A stretch of 35,717 nt of DNA, taken from Candidatus Eiseniibacteriota bacterium. Lineage in GTDB: Bacteria > Eisenbacteria > RBG-16-71-46 > DASYSL01. The stretch spans positions 1 to 35,717 of the forward strand of contig JBKJJJ010000196.1 of assembly GCA_046598045.1 (NCBI GenBank), written 5' to 3'. The notes beneath the pieces are model-generated. The model had not been told where the DNA came from. It ran no database searches and was given only the letters and a program-made list of their open reading frames with translations. Position numbers and translations under genes: made by a program. Of the stretch, positions 1 to 9,354 are shown piece by piece (the stretch's first letter is position 1; each line of letters opens with the position of its first letter).

Positions 1-333
1 AACCGGCTCAAGATCGAGTCGGCGGTGCGGAACGCATCGGTGTTCCTCGCGCTCCAGAAGGAGTTCGGGTCGTTCGACTCTTATGTCTGGCCGTTCGTCG
101 GTGGCAAGCCGATCGTGCGCCGCCCGCGCAGCCCCGGCGACGTGCCCGCGCGCACCGCGGAGTCGGACGCGCTGAGCAAGGACTTGAAGCAACGCGGCAT
201 GAACTTCGTGGGCTCGACCATTCTCTACGCGTTCATGCAGGCAACAGGGCTGGTCGACGACCACGTGGCGGATTGCTGGCGGGCCCGGCCCGCACCTCGG
301 CGACCCGCGTCTCCGCGGCGCGCGAGCGCCTAG
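1..333 (+). CDS. tag: DNA-3-methyladenine glycosylase I (5'-truncated by window edge)
   Basis: Frame open from base 1: NRLKIES...FGSFDSYVWPF...SDALSKDLKQRGMNFVGSTILYAFMQATGLVDDHVADC, the typical Tag C-terminal half with the Zn-binding H-x3-C. Confidence 0.93.
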   Translation, partial: NRLKIESAVRNASVFLALQKEFGSFDSYVWPFVGGKPIVRRPRSPGDVPARTAESDALSKDLKQRGMNFVGSTILYAFMQATGLVDDHVADCWRARPAPRRPASPRRASA

Positions 334-2939
334 CGTTTCGCGGGCTTGGTCGCGGTCGTATCGGGGCGGAAGGGCGGGCCGAACGGGACGGCCGCCGCCG
401 CCGAGTCGGCGCGCGCGACCGCGGCGAGGCTGTCGCGCTCCATCGCGGCGATCATCATCTGCACCCAGTCGGCCGCGTGGTCGCGCCGGCAGGTCCACGT
501 CGGCGCGGTGCCGACGACGAACGGTGAGCGGATGACCTGCGGGCAGTCGGGGCGGGGAAGCCCGCCCGTGATCGCGTCGACCGACACGTCCTCGACGTCG
601 GGATTGGGCGCGAAGTCGGCCAGCGGGAAGTCCGCGAGCATGGCGTTCATCGCGCGCGCCCAGATCGGCAGCGCGATGCCCGCGGCGGTGTGGCCGAGGT
701 CCCTCGGCACGTCGTAGCCGACCCACATGCCCGCTGCCAACCCGGGCACGAAGCCCACGAACCATGCGTCCTTGTTGTCGTTCGTGGTGCCGGTCTTGCC
801 GCCCGCCGGTCGCGTGAAGTTGTACGCCCAGACCAGCGGGGCCGAGATGCCGATCCGGATCACGTCCTCCATCATGCGCACCATCACGCCGGCCTGGCCG
901 CGGCTCAACACGCGCTCGGGCGCGCGCGGCGCATCGAGCAGGTCGATGCCGCGCGCGTCGACCGCGGCCCGCACCGGCCGCGCCTCGGCGCGCATGCCCT
1001 CGGCGGGGAAGACGGTGTAGGCGCCGACCAGGTCGACCAGCGCGACCTCGTTGGTGCCGAGCCCGATCGAAAGCACGGGCTTGAGCTTGCCGAGCCCGAA
1101 GCGCTCGGCGAACTTGACGACGACCTCCGGGCCGATCGCTTCGGTGAGGTTGATCGTCGCCATGTTGACCGAGTGCGCGAGCGCGCGCGCGAGCGTGATG
1201 CGCGACGAGTACGAGCCGTCGGAGTTCCCCGGGCTCCACGTCTTGCCGCCGATCTTGAACGTGCGCGGCACGTTCGGCACGGTCGTCGCGGCGGTCCACG
1301 CCGAGTCGCCGCGCGGCGTCGCGAGCGCTGCCGCGTAGACGATCGGCTTGATCGACGAGCCCGACTGGCGCTTGGCCTGGGTCGCGCGGTTGAACTCGCC
1401 CTCGCGCGGCGCGCGCCCGCCGACCAATGCCCGAATCGCGCCCGTGCGCGGCTCGATTGCGACGAACGCGCCCTCGAGTCGGTTCGGGTTGCGCCCGGGA
1501 TTGCGGCGCGGATCGAATGCGAACAGCCCCTCGGCGACCGCGTCCTCGGCCTCGGGCTGCCACACCAGGTCGCAGGTCGTGAAAATCGACAGGCCCCAGC
1601 GCCGCGGCGCCTCCTTCGGAATGTGAGCCTCGAGGTACGCGCCCGCGTGGTCGACGAACGAGGGAAAGCGGTCGGTCCGCGTCGAGCCCTTGCGCACGAA
1701 CAGCGGCCGCGCCCGCGCGAGCGCGGCGGTCTTCGCATCGAGCACGCCGGCGGAGACCATGTCGGAGAGCGCCTCGTTGCGCTTAGAGAGCGCGAGCGCG
1801 CGGTTGCGGAACGGCGAGTACGAGATCGGCGAGGGGATCAGCCCCGCGAGCAGCGCGGCCTCCTCGAGTTGGAGCGAGTCCACCGGCGCGTCGAAATACC
1901 AGCGCGCGGCCTCGGCCACGCCGGCCACGCCGCGGCCCTCGCCCTGGCCCCAGTAGACCGAGTTGAGATACATCTCGAGGATCTGGTCCTTGGAGAGCAG
2001 CGCCTCGAGCCCGACCGCGGCGAACGACTCGAGCACCTTGCGCCCAATCGTGCGCTCGCGGCCGAAGAACAGCCCGCGTGCGAGTTGCTGGGTGATCGTA
2101 CTCGCGCCTTCCTTCACGCTGCCGGCCTTCATGTTCGCGAACACCGCGCGCACGTTGCCCTTGAGGTCGAGCCCGAAGTGATAGCGGAAACGCCGGTCCT
2201 CGCTCGCGATCACCGCCTGCTGGACGACCTTGGGAATGCGCGCCAGCGGCACCCACGTGCGGCGCACGTCGCGCGTGCCCGCGAGCTGCGCGACCGGCCA
2301 GGGCTCGAGCCGCGGCGCGTGGCGCATGTCGGGCGCGGCGCCCTCGCGCAGCGCGCCGAGGCGCTCGACATGCGCGAGCGTGCCGTCCCGGAGCGTGAGC
2401 CGCACGCGCTCGGGCCCGCCGGCGCCATCGGGGTCCTGCGCGGCCTCGAAGCCGCGGAGCGCGATCACGATCGTCGAGTCGTCGGCCCAGGCGTAGGTGC
2501 CGGGCAGATCCGGGGAGGCGCCGACCAGTCCCGCGTTTGCCGGGTCGCCGGCAGAGACCTCGCGGTAGTCGCGCGCGCTGAGATGACTCTCGAGATAGCT
2601 CCGCGGCAACGCGCGGCCCTGGATGAACGCGAGACCATCGGCATAGACGAGCGAGGGGAACGCCCACGAGGGCCCGGTGGCGTGGCGCTCGCGCAGCGCG
2701 GTCACGCGCCCCGCGAAGACCGCGAAGCCGATTCCTCCGGCAACCAGAGCGACGAGTGCGAGCCCCGCGAGGAGCAATCGGGTGCGGCCGGCGGCCCTCA
2801 GGCGGGACTGGAGTGTCGCGAGCCACGTGCCGATGCCGGGAGGGCGTGACGAGGCCGCCCGCGTCTGCTGGCGGGTCTTGAGGGGCGGCTCGGGCGGGCG
2901 GGTGGGCCCCGGAGGACCTGCTTGACCGTGTCCAGACAC
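330..2939 (-). CDS. mrcB: Class A penicillin-binding protein (PBP1B-like transglycosylase/transpeptidase)
   Basis: N-terminal TM helix, UB2H-like insert, TG motifs EDRRF and GASTITQQLAR, TP motifs SSIK (SxxK), SVN and KTG. Start placed tentatively at GTG 2939; the ORF-track extension to 3329 runs antisense through the tRNA. Confidence 0.88.
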   Translation of the reverse strand: MSGHGQAGPPGPTRPPEPPLKTRQQTRAASSRPPGIGTWLATLQSRLRAAGRTRLLLAGLALVALVAGGIGFAVFAGRVTALRERHATGPSWAFPSLVYADGLAFIQGRALPRSYLESHLSARDYREVSAGDPANAGLVGASPDLPGTYAWADDSTIVIALRGFEAAQDPDGAGGPERVRLTLRDGTLAHVERLGALREGAAPDMRHAPRLEPWPVAQLAGTRDVRRTWVPLARIPKVVQQAVIASEDRRFRYHFGLDLKGNVRAVFANMKAGSVKEGASTITQQLARGLFFGRERTIGRKVLESFAAVGLEALLSKDQILEMYLNSVYWGQGEGRGVAGVAEAARWYFDAPVDSLQLEEAALLAGLIPSPISYSPFRNRALALSKRNEALSDMVSAGVLDAKTAALARARPLFVRKGSTRTDRFPSFVDHAGAYLEAHIPKEAPRRWGLSIFTTCDLVWQPEAEDAVAEGLFAFDPRRNPGRNPNRLEGAFVAIEPRTGAIRALVGGRAPREGEFNRATQAKRQSGSSIKPIVYAAALATPRGDSAWTAATTVPNVPRTFKIGGKTWSPGNSDGSYSSRITLARALAHSVNMATINLTEAIGPEVVVKFAERFGLGKLKPVLSIGLGTNEVALVDLVGAYTVFPAEGMRAEARPVRAAVDARGIDLLDAPRAPERVLSRGQAGVMVRMMEDVIRIGISAPLVWAYNFTRPAGGKTGTTNDNKDAWFVGFVPGLAAGMWVGYDVPRDLGHTAAGIALPIWARAMNAMLADFPLADFAPNPDVEDVSVDAITGGLPRPDCPQVIRSPFVVGTAPTWTCRRDHAADWVQMMIAAMERDSLAAVARADSAAAAVPFGPPFRPDTTATKPAKR

Positions 2940-3046
2940 GACGGCTAGAATACCGCTTCCGAGTGGCCGAAGTCTCCGCCACAACAAGATTTGGCCGGTT
3001 CCGGGGCTTTTGCACCTGCCCCCGGGTAGCCCGGCCTGCCAGACGT

Positions 3047-3121
3047 TCCTGAGTAGCTCAATGGCAGAGCATCCGGCTGTTAACCGGAGGGTTGTAGGTT
3101 CGAGTCCTACCTCAGGAGCCA
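3047..3121 (+). tRNA. tRNA-Asn(GTT)
   Basis: Acceptor TCCTGAG/CTCAGGA, D-arm GCTC/GAGC, anticodon arm TCCGG-CTGTTAA-CCGGA, T-arm GTAGG-TTCGAGT-CCTAC, encoded CCA. Confidence 0.98.
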
Positions 3122-3141
3122 AATGTGGCTGTGTGCGGTCC
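3097..3141 (+). repeat. attL-like hybrid site (tRNA B arm + P' arm), repeat copy 1
   Basis: tRNA T-loop GTTCG-N13-GA(3116-3117)-N18-CGGTC; the 26 bp from 3116 are identical to four downstream copies. Confidence 0.85.
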
Positions 3142-3143
3142 AA

Positions 3144-3182
3144 GCCTCCCTTGCCTGCGGGCGGGGGAGGTCTTTTCGTTTT
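3144..3182 (+). terminator. Rho-independent terminator in the conserved cassette leader
   Basis: Hairpin GCCTCCCTTGCC-TGCG-GGCGGGGGAGGT followed by CTTTTCGTTTT; homologous hairpins at 14728, 16234 and 23894. Confidence 0.75.
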
Positions 3183-3302
3183 GGGGGCGGGAGCTTGATC
3201 CGTGAGACTGGCCGCAATCGAGAAGGCGCGGGTAACTCGGGCGGCGTAATCTAGCCGTCTATGCGATCGGGGCAAGCTCAGACCCGCCAGGAGAGACCCT
3301 CG

Positions 3303-4235
3303 ATGATGACCACGCACCGTCGCCGCCACCGACCCCTCGCAATAGGCGTAAGCATGTCGGTGTTGCTGATTGCCGGCCCGCTGGGAGCGTCTAGCTACAC
3401 CCCAACTCTTCGCCCAATTACGGACCGCGATCGAGTCGACTTCGCGGTGGGCATGTCGGATGCGATTGTGGTCGGTACGCTAGTATCTGGAGAACACCCG
3501 AAGGTACGGGCCGCAGCTACGGAATCGGTGGCCAGCGTGACGGTGAAGCAGTGGACGTTCCACCCATCGAAGTGGTTGAAGGGCAAACCCAAAGGCACCG
3601 GCAATATCGTGGTGGGACACAACCGGTTCCGCGACCTACCGCGCTCCCTGCAGAACGCTGTCACCGGCGATCAATTCATACTATTCCTTGAGGGAGTCGA
3701 CCATGACGCGCCAGTCTCGCGACAAGCGCGGTACATTCCAGCGACCACTTGGGACTATATTGTAACTGGGACCCCCCGGAGCCTGGATCAGGGCGCACAC
3801 CACATTACGCATGCCGACGCTGATACAGTTCTAGCAATTGTGTTGGACGCCATCGCACAACAGACATCTTCCGCGATGGCACACAATGCGGATGTGGTTG
3901 TGCTCGGCAAGGCGGACTACGACAATCAAGTCGAATGCGCTCCGTACGGGACTCCGGGTAGCTGCATTCCGGTGAGTGTCGACACCGTGTTTAAAGGCAC
4001 CCTCTCTACAAATGCCATCCACATCTATTCGGTAATCCCGTTCTATCGCGCATCAGGAGCAGGAGCACTGCTATTCTTGCGTGCGCGAACATCAGGTGAC
4101 TACGAATTGCTCTGCGGGCCAGCGTCATTTGTGTCATTCGAGAAGTCGGGGTCAGACAAGCTGGGTCGTTCGCTGGCACAGTGGCGCAAGATTGTGGGAC
4201 AGGCAAGGGGATCGGCGAACGGGGACGGCAAGTGA
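3303..4235 (+). CDS. Hypothetical exported protein
   Basis: AGGAG upstream of ATG 3303; signal-peptide-like N-terminus; two similar segments (SDAIVVGTL / ADVVVLGKA); visibly lower GC than core genes. Confidence 0.65.
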   Translation: MMTTHRRRHRPLAIGVSMSVLLIAGPLGASSYTPTLRPITDRDRVDFAVGMSDAIVVGTLVSGEHPKVRAAATESVASVTVKQWTFHPSKWLKGKPKGTGNIVVGHNRFRDLPRSLQNAVTGDQFILFLEGVDHDAPVSRQARYIPATTWDYIVTGTPRSLDQGAHHITHADADTVLAIVLDAIAQQTSSAMAHNADVVVLGKADYDNQVECAPYGTPGSCIPVSVDTVFKGTLSTNAIHIYSVIPFYRASGAGALLFLRARTSGDYELLCGPASFVSFEKSGSDKLGRSLAQWRKIVGQARGSANGDGK

Positions 4236-4416
4236 CCAACCTGCGGGCTGCAGCCCTCGTGACGTGCCCACCATTCCCTGATGCAGAACGAGTAAGCAGT
4301 CCTCTGCTAGCCTAATGCGCTGGGAGGACATCTTACGGGTCGTTGGGGCGGTGGTAGCAAACATCCAGCAATGTGAGGTGCGGTCCGGCCAATCGGCACG
4401 TCGGGCCGGGCAGCTG

Positions 4417-5019
4417 CTAGTCGATGTATATCGCTTTTGTCCGGGGAAGTGCGCGGTACGCGGGAGCGTCTTCTACCATTCGTCGCAGGTGGCGAACGTA
4501 GGCGTCGAGCCGCTTCTGGTCATCCGAACAGCCATTACAGCCCATGGCGGGGTTCCATTGGAGCACCCGATGGGCGCCGCCAGCACGCAACGTCAGAAAC
4601 CCGCTCCAATGCTCCGAGCCAGCCCAACCCCCGTTCGGCGGGGGCTGAGGCATGTCGAAGAGTCGGGCCCGAAGTGCGTTCTCGTGGAGTGTGTCGAGTT
4701 GGGCCTCGGACGGCCTCAAGAGCACGGTCGTGTCTGGGTCCCCGACGAGGTCTTTCGTGACCTTGCCCGCGTTCGTATCGACGGCAAATCCGTTGCCATC
4801 CACGAACGACAGCCCGAACGAGCCTCGGGGATACGATTGGCGGTCGCCTGGCGGCTCCGCCGACGTCCTGAGCATGGGACGGGACCTCGAATGATGCCAG
4901 CCGCCGTAGACCATCTTCGCCAGGGAGAACAGGGGGTATGACAGAACGATGAGGGCAACGAACAGCATGACGCTTCGTAACGCCGGGCGCGGGGCTTCGG
5001 GCCGAGGTCCAGTTGCCAT
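4417..5019 (-). CDS. Hypothetical membrane-anchored protein
   Basis: Hydrophobic segment VMLFVALIVLSYPLFSLA followed by a globular-looking domain; start chosen at ATG 5019. Confidence 0.6.
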   Translation of the reverse strand: MATGPRPEAPRPALRSVMLFVALIVLSYPLFSLAKMVYGGWHHSRSRPMLRTSAEPPGDRQSYPRGSFGLSFVDGNGFAVDTNAGKVTKDLVGDPDTTVLLRPSEAQLDTLHENALRARLFDMPQPPPNGGWAGSEHWSGFLTLRAGGAHRVLQWNPAMGCNGCSDDQKRLDAYVRHLRRMVEDAPAYRALPRTKAIYID

Positions 5020-5173
5020 GAGCAGAATTGTGCGGCTCCGCGGGCGGGGCAGCAATCGGCTCTTGCGGGAGCGCCCCGCATTCAGGGGGCCGCTCCTCAC
5101 GGTGAGCCCCTCGCCGTCGTTCGGAGCGTCGGCACGGTGAAGATCCGCGCTCACGATGCGCGGCCCCGGGGCG

Positions 5174-5436
5174 TTTATTGGGCATCGCCTCCCGCGGACA
5201 TGCCGTTTCGTGGGCATCGGGGACGCGCAGGGGGCGATTAATGGGCATTGGGGTCCCCGAAAAGGCCCTTTAATGGGCATCGATTGCGGCGAAACCGGGT
5301 GTCGAAGGCGCCCTGCCCTATGTTCTCGAATCGTCCAAGCTGCTGTGCCTTAAAGCGTTAAACCTCTAGAGGCGTCCTGGAACACCCTTCCAAAAAAGCG
5401 TTTTTCCCCCGAATTACTGCCCATGAAATGCCCATT
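5174..5436. repeat. Phased TGGGCAT repeat cluster (4 direct + 2 inverted)
   Basis: TGGGCAT at 5179, 5211, 5242 and 5274 (31-32 bp period); inverted TGCCCAT at 5418 and 5429. Confidence 0.8.
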
Positions 5437-5813
5437 GGGAGTGGCGCTGCCCCTGGAGTGCCGTCCCGAAGGCTCGGATCTGCCCCCATTCTGCCTGCAC
5501 GTCGTCCTTTGAGCGTAAGGCGACGTGATTACCTTGGCCCCTTCTTGCATGCACCGTTGTCATTGGCGAGGTCCGCCTCTAATCCACTCACCTGCCGCGG
5601 CGCAGGTATCGGTACGACGGGAGGCGCGATGAGCTTGATCGATGTTGGTGACTCCGCGCTATAGATTGGCCTCGGCGCAGCGATCGGAGCATACGCCACA
5701 TATGGACTGGAGCGATCCCCACAGAAGCATGACGATCGAATGACTGCGAGATCAGCGCGTCATGCCTCCTGGTCTGGGACTCGATCTTCCACACTCATAA
5801 GGGACATGCCGGC

Positions 5814-6020
5814 GTGCTCGCGATCACGGTCGCGCTCGCACTGGTCGCAGTCTTGAAGTGGGGGACCCTGGTGGGTTCGATGTTGCCGTTCCTGCTCCGG
5901 CGCCTCAACTTCGACCCGGCAAGCGCCTCCGCGCCTTTCGTCGCGAAGATGGTCGAGGTTACCGGGCTCGTGATCTACTTCACGACCGCGCAGTTCATCC
6001 TGCGTGGGACGCTGCTCTAG
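5814..6020 (+). pseudogene. mgtE: Magnesium transporter MgtE, 3' fragment only
   Basis: WGTLVGSMLPFLLRRLNFDPASASAPFVAKMVEVTGLVIYF...ILRGTLL* matches the MgtE C-terminal TM region; the rest of the gene is absent. Confidence 0.85.
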
Positions 6021-7288
6021 TCGTCGCGCAATCCGAGCCGATAGAGGACGAGATAGGGTGTCACCTTCCTCCCGTTCCGCAAGGCGGTCGTCGGATGCAT
6101 GGCCGCTGCCACGACCGCGACCGGCCCGGAAGCGTCGAGATCCATGGCGGTGACGATCGGCTTCCCTTTCGTGAGCTGGATGGCGCGACTCGAGTCTGCC
6201 CTTTCGTTCGATCCCAGCAACTGGACCATCACGTCGTTGTTCGGCAGGGTGGTACTTGTCAGCAGTCGTTCGAGGATCGATAGGCGGTCTGCGAAATCGA
6301 TCTGATTGCCATTGTCGACCCACGCAATCACAGGTTTTCCAGCGATCTCCGTCGTCGCGATGCCCGGGCAAACGTGGATGTCGGCGGAAACGCCTCTCCA
6401 CGGAACGTGCCTGGCCACGCCAATGGTCGGGCCGACGACGAGGCATGGTTCCTCCCAGAATACGGCGACACCATCCACGCCGACCCCCCGGAGCGGGGCG
6501 GCTTGCGTCGAGGACGTGAACTCCGGTTGCAACGCGGCGGGCGTGACGTTCGACCAGGGGCCGCCAATGGAGTCCGACTCCGCGATGAGAATTCGGCCGA
6601 TCTGGGCGCGCGTCTGCGGATCCACCGGTCGCGAGTCGCGAAGGGCGGTCGTGATCCGATAGCGACCACCGATGAAGTCGAGGAACGGTCGCTGCGGGAA
6701 GTAGTCACGTTGCGGCAAGCGAGCCACGAGGACCGCGGACGCGGACATCGCGGACAGGTCCCTCACGTAGATTCCGGGAGCCGCTGCCTGCGGATCCTCC
6801 TCTTCGCAAGAAGTCACTAGGGTCATCACGTCGCGACCGTTGACGTGGGAAATCGAAATCGCCTCGAACATGGAACCGGAATCGCTCTGAGCGATCCTGC
6901 CGTACGACCACTGATTGCCCCCATCCGTGGACGTGAATCGAACCATTGATCCGAGAGTGATGCAGCAGACGTCGATTTGCTTTCCACGAATTCGCATCGC
7001 CATGTCGACGAATAGATCGCTCGCCAGTTCCATGGGAATGCGGTGCGAGCTGGCGAACCAGAGCATTCCGTCGTGGATACCGGTCTCCTCGTTCAAATGC
7101 CAAGTTAGCCAGGCGACGTACGTCGAGTCGCCGGCGGCGACCACGTCCACCCGGTGAATCAGGAGATCGGTTCGAGGAGTGATGCGAAGCGTGTCGGTCG
7201 ACAGGATGGAGATGGAAGGCTCTCTCCGTGCACACCCCGCCGGCACGATCGAAAGGACCAGCGCGAGCAGCAAGAGCCCGATGCGCAT
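6017..7288 (-). CDS. Putative lipoprotein with Asp-box (BNR/sialidase-like propeller)
   Basis: Lipobox-like LSIVPAGC; Asp-box STDGGNQW. Confidence 0.65.
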   Translation of the reverse strand: MRIGLLLLALVLSIVPAGCARREPSISILSTDTLRITPRTDLLIHRVDVVAAGDSTYVAWLTWHLNEETGIHDGMLWFASSHRIPMELASDLFVDMAMRIRGKQIDVCCITLGSMVRFTSTDGGNQWSYGRIAQSDSGSMFEAISISHVNGRDVMTLVTSCEEEDPQAAAPGIYVRDLSAMSASAVLVARLPQRDYFPQRPFLDFIGGRYRITTALRDSRPVDPQTRAQIGRILIAESDSIGGPWSNVTPAALQPEFTSSTQAAPLRGVGVDGVAVFWEEPCLVVGPTIGVARHVPWRGVSADIHVCPGIATTEIAGKPVIAWVDNGNQIDFADRLSILERLLTSTTLPNNDVMVQLLGSNERADSSRAIQLTKGKPIVTAMDLDASGPVAVVAAAMHPTTALRNGRKVTPYLVLYRLGLRDD

Positions 7289-7289
7289 G

Positions 7290-7682
7290 TCAGGATTGCC
7301 CGTAGGGGACAGACAGCTGCTGGGACATCCCTGACTTCAACATTCGATTCCGATAGCGGTAAATGAGCAGGCCCCAGGCTGCGATAATAGTGAAGAAAAA
7401 GCCCCAGCCGAGAGTCGGCCAGCGGAACAGAGCAGCAACGAAGCTCGCAAGTGCAAGGACCACGCATAGCGTCCACGCGGCCTTCCATCGCAGGCCGAGA
7501 GGACGGCACGGTTTTTCCTGGCGAGGGATGAGAGGCAGGAGGTTGCCGAGGAGGAACCCGAAGCATAAGCCGCCGACCCAGCGGGTATGGAGGATGAAAA
7601 GGTCGACGAGTAGTCCTACGAGACATGCCACCACAGCGAAAGTGTATCGGGGCCCAAGCCGTCGAAGGGGAGAGGTCGCCAT
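7290..7682 (-). CDS. Small multi-pass membrane protein
   Basis: GAGGT RBS before ATG 7682; about four hydrophobic helices; abuts the next gene. Confidence 0.65.
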   Translation of the reverse strand: MATSPLRRLGPRYTFAVVACLVGLLVDLFILHTRWVGGLCFGFLLGNLLPLIPRQEKPCRPLGLRWKAAWTLCVVLALASFVAALFRWPTLGWGFFFTIIAAWGLLIYRYRNRMLKSGMSQQLSVPYGQS

Positions 7683-7760
7683 GTTTACCTCTGAGTGATC
7701 AGGGCGTTGCCTGCGTGTCGTTAGTATGAGTTGCCGATGCGCCGGAGGCAAGATCGCTTG

Positions 7761-7865
7761 TCAGCACACAAGTCGTCTTGTGCCCGCCCTCGACTCCTCG
7801 TCACTCGAATGGGTGTACACGATGGTGGTCAGAGGGCTCGCATGCCTTGCAAACCTCTGCGCCAA
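7761..7865 (-). pseudogene. 3' stub of minimal tyrosine recombinase
   Basis: Translates to LAQRFARHASPLTTIVYTHSSDEESRAGTRRLVC*, colinear with the C-terminus of 9355..9939. Confidence 0.9.
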
Positions 7866-7935
7866 GCGGAAGGTGCGCGATGCCTCATCAGCGTCGCCAA
7901 CTGGAAGTGCCGACTCCGTTTATGGTCAGGCAAAC

Positions 7936-9198
7936 TTAAAGCGTGGGATCGGAGATGCGTCCCTGGAACAGGATGCAGCCCGAGTCACGGTCGCGAATGA
8001 AGAACAGAAACGGCCGGTCCACAATGAACATCTCAGGTATCGGCACTGTGGCGATCGTTGCGACGACGCCTGTTGCTGCGGCGGCCTCGGTGCCTTCCTC
8101 ATTTACCTCGACGTAAGCCTTGTGAACGACAAGGCTGATCGACAGCTTGCTTGTGCCGGTCATGCCTGTGAAATCCGCCGTCTGGACGTCGAACGCCGAG
8201 GGCATACCGAGGCCCGCTAGTACCGGGGAGAGCTCGTATTGACCCGTCGTAACGAAACGCGGGAGGTCGACGACGACTTCCTGCTCGCGAAGAGCCGAGG
8301 CCCATGCTTGCAGGCTATCCGCGTCGAGGCGACGCTCCAGCCGCTTCAGACCAAACACATCATCGGGCAGCAAGATCATCATCGAGAGCTTGCCTCCCAG
8401 GTACGGAAGCTCGATCACTCGTGCGCCACTAATGCGGGTCAGGCCGAATCGATGGATGAGCTGCATCATCGGCACGGTCTTCTGAGCGCCACCGAGCAGA
8501 TGGAAGGGTGCGGGACGGGTGCCGCGCGTATCGAAGGCCGTCGCCCACCGCGCCTTGAAGTAGACGGCGTTGGCAAGGACGAGGCGAGTCGAAGGATCAA
8601 TGGCGCCCGTCGCGAGAAGTTCGCGAATCTTGTTCGCCGTCGCTTGCGCGACCCACCCGTTGATCGTCCCACGCGCGGCTTCGGGAGCGCCACGGAAGTC
8701 CAGTGCGCTGACCTCCGACCCGAAGCTGTTCCTGGCCGCCTGGAGAAATGCCGGCTGCAGCGGCATGCCTTCTTGAGCCCATAGCGAATTCACGAGGGTC
8801 CAATGAGCGCCACCCGCGGGCGCGCGGCCGTCGAGTTCGGACATGAGTGACCTGTAGCCTTCGTAGACCCGCGCGTCCTCGGGAGCGAGATGGAGAACCC
8901 GTTGCATCTCGCTTCGAGTGGCCCCGCTCGCCCCGGCATAGGTAAGACCCAAGGCCGCCGACACGCCCAGCGGCGAAAACACCAGATTGTCGTGGTCAGA
9001 GCCCAGCTTGTGAGCGAGGTCGAACGCGAAGTCGTCAACAGATCGCGCCATTGCCGTTGCCAAGGCCGAGTCTGGAGACACGGCTTTCGGCGTTGCGGAT
9101 TGAGGGGCAGATCGATGAGTTCGGTCCGGAGAACAACTACCGAGCAAAGTTGCAGCCAATGCGAAGCAGACTACAAGGGCGCATGCCGCTACTCGCAT
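7936..9198 (-). CDS. Serpin (serine protease inhibitor), lipoprotein
   Basis: NLVFSPLGV, LVLANAVYFKARW, hinge EEGTEAAAAT, FIVDRPFLFFIRD; lipobox LLGSC; GGAGG RBS before ATG 9198. Confidence 0.95.
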   Translation of the reverse strand: MRVAACALVVCFALAATLLGSCSPDRTHRSAPQSATPKAVSPDSALATAMARSVDDFAFDLAHKLGSDHDNLVFSPLGVSAALGLTYAGASGATRSEMQRVLHLAPEDARVYEGYRSLMSELDGRAPAGGAHWTLVNSLWAQEGMPLQPAFLQAARNSFGSEVSALDFRGAPEAARGTINGWVAQATANKIRELLATGAIDPSTRLVLANAVYFKARWATAFDTRGTRPAPFHLLGGAQKTVPMMQLIHRFGLTRISGARVIELPYLGGKLSMMILLPDDVFGLKRLERRLDADSLQAWASALREQEVVVDLPRFVTTGQYELSPVLAGLGMPSAFDVQTADFTGMTGTSKLSISLVVHKAYVEVNEEGTEAAAATGVVATIATVPIPEMFIVDRPFLFFIRDRDSGCILFQGRISDPTL

Positions 9199-9354
9199 CG
9201 AGCTGCCTCCGGTCGAGTGGGTCTCTGCTTGCAACTCTGAGCCGCGCGAAGCATACGACTCGTGAATGGCGGGGTCAACGCTTCGGGGCGAGTACAAGGG
9301 CCGGTTTCGCCGGAACAAGAGCGCGAATCGTGCAGGGGACGCGCACGCAGACAA

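Noticed and set aside
2940..3329. N-terminal extension of the 999-aa PBP ORF
   Set aside because: It reads antisense through the tRNA and att leader (LAPEVGLEPTTLRLT is tRNA antisense), so it is not real coding sequence
5588..5794. 68-aa minus-strand ORF
   Set aside because: No recognisable motif or RBS support
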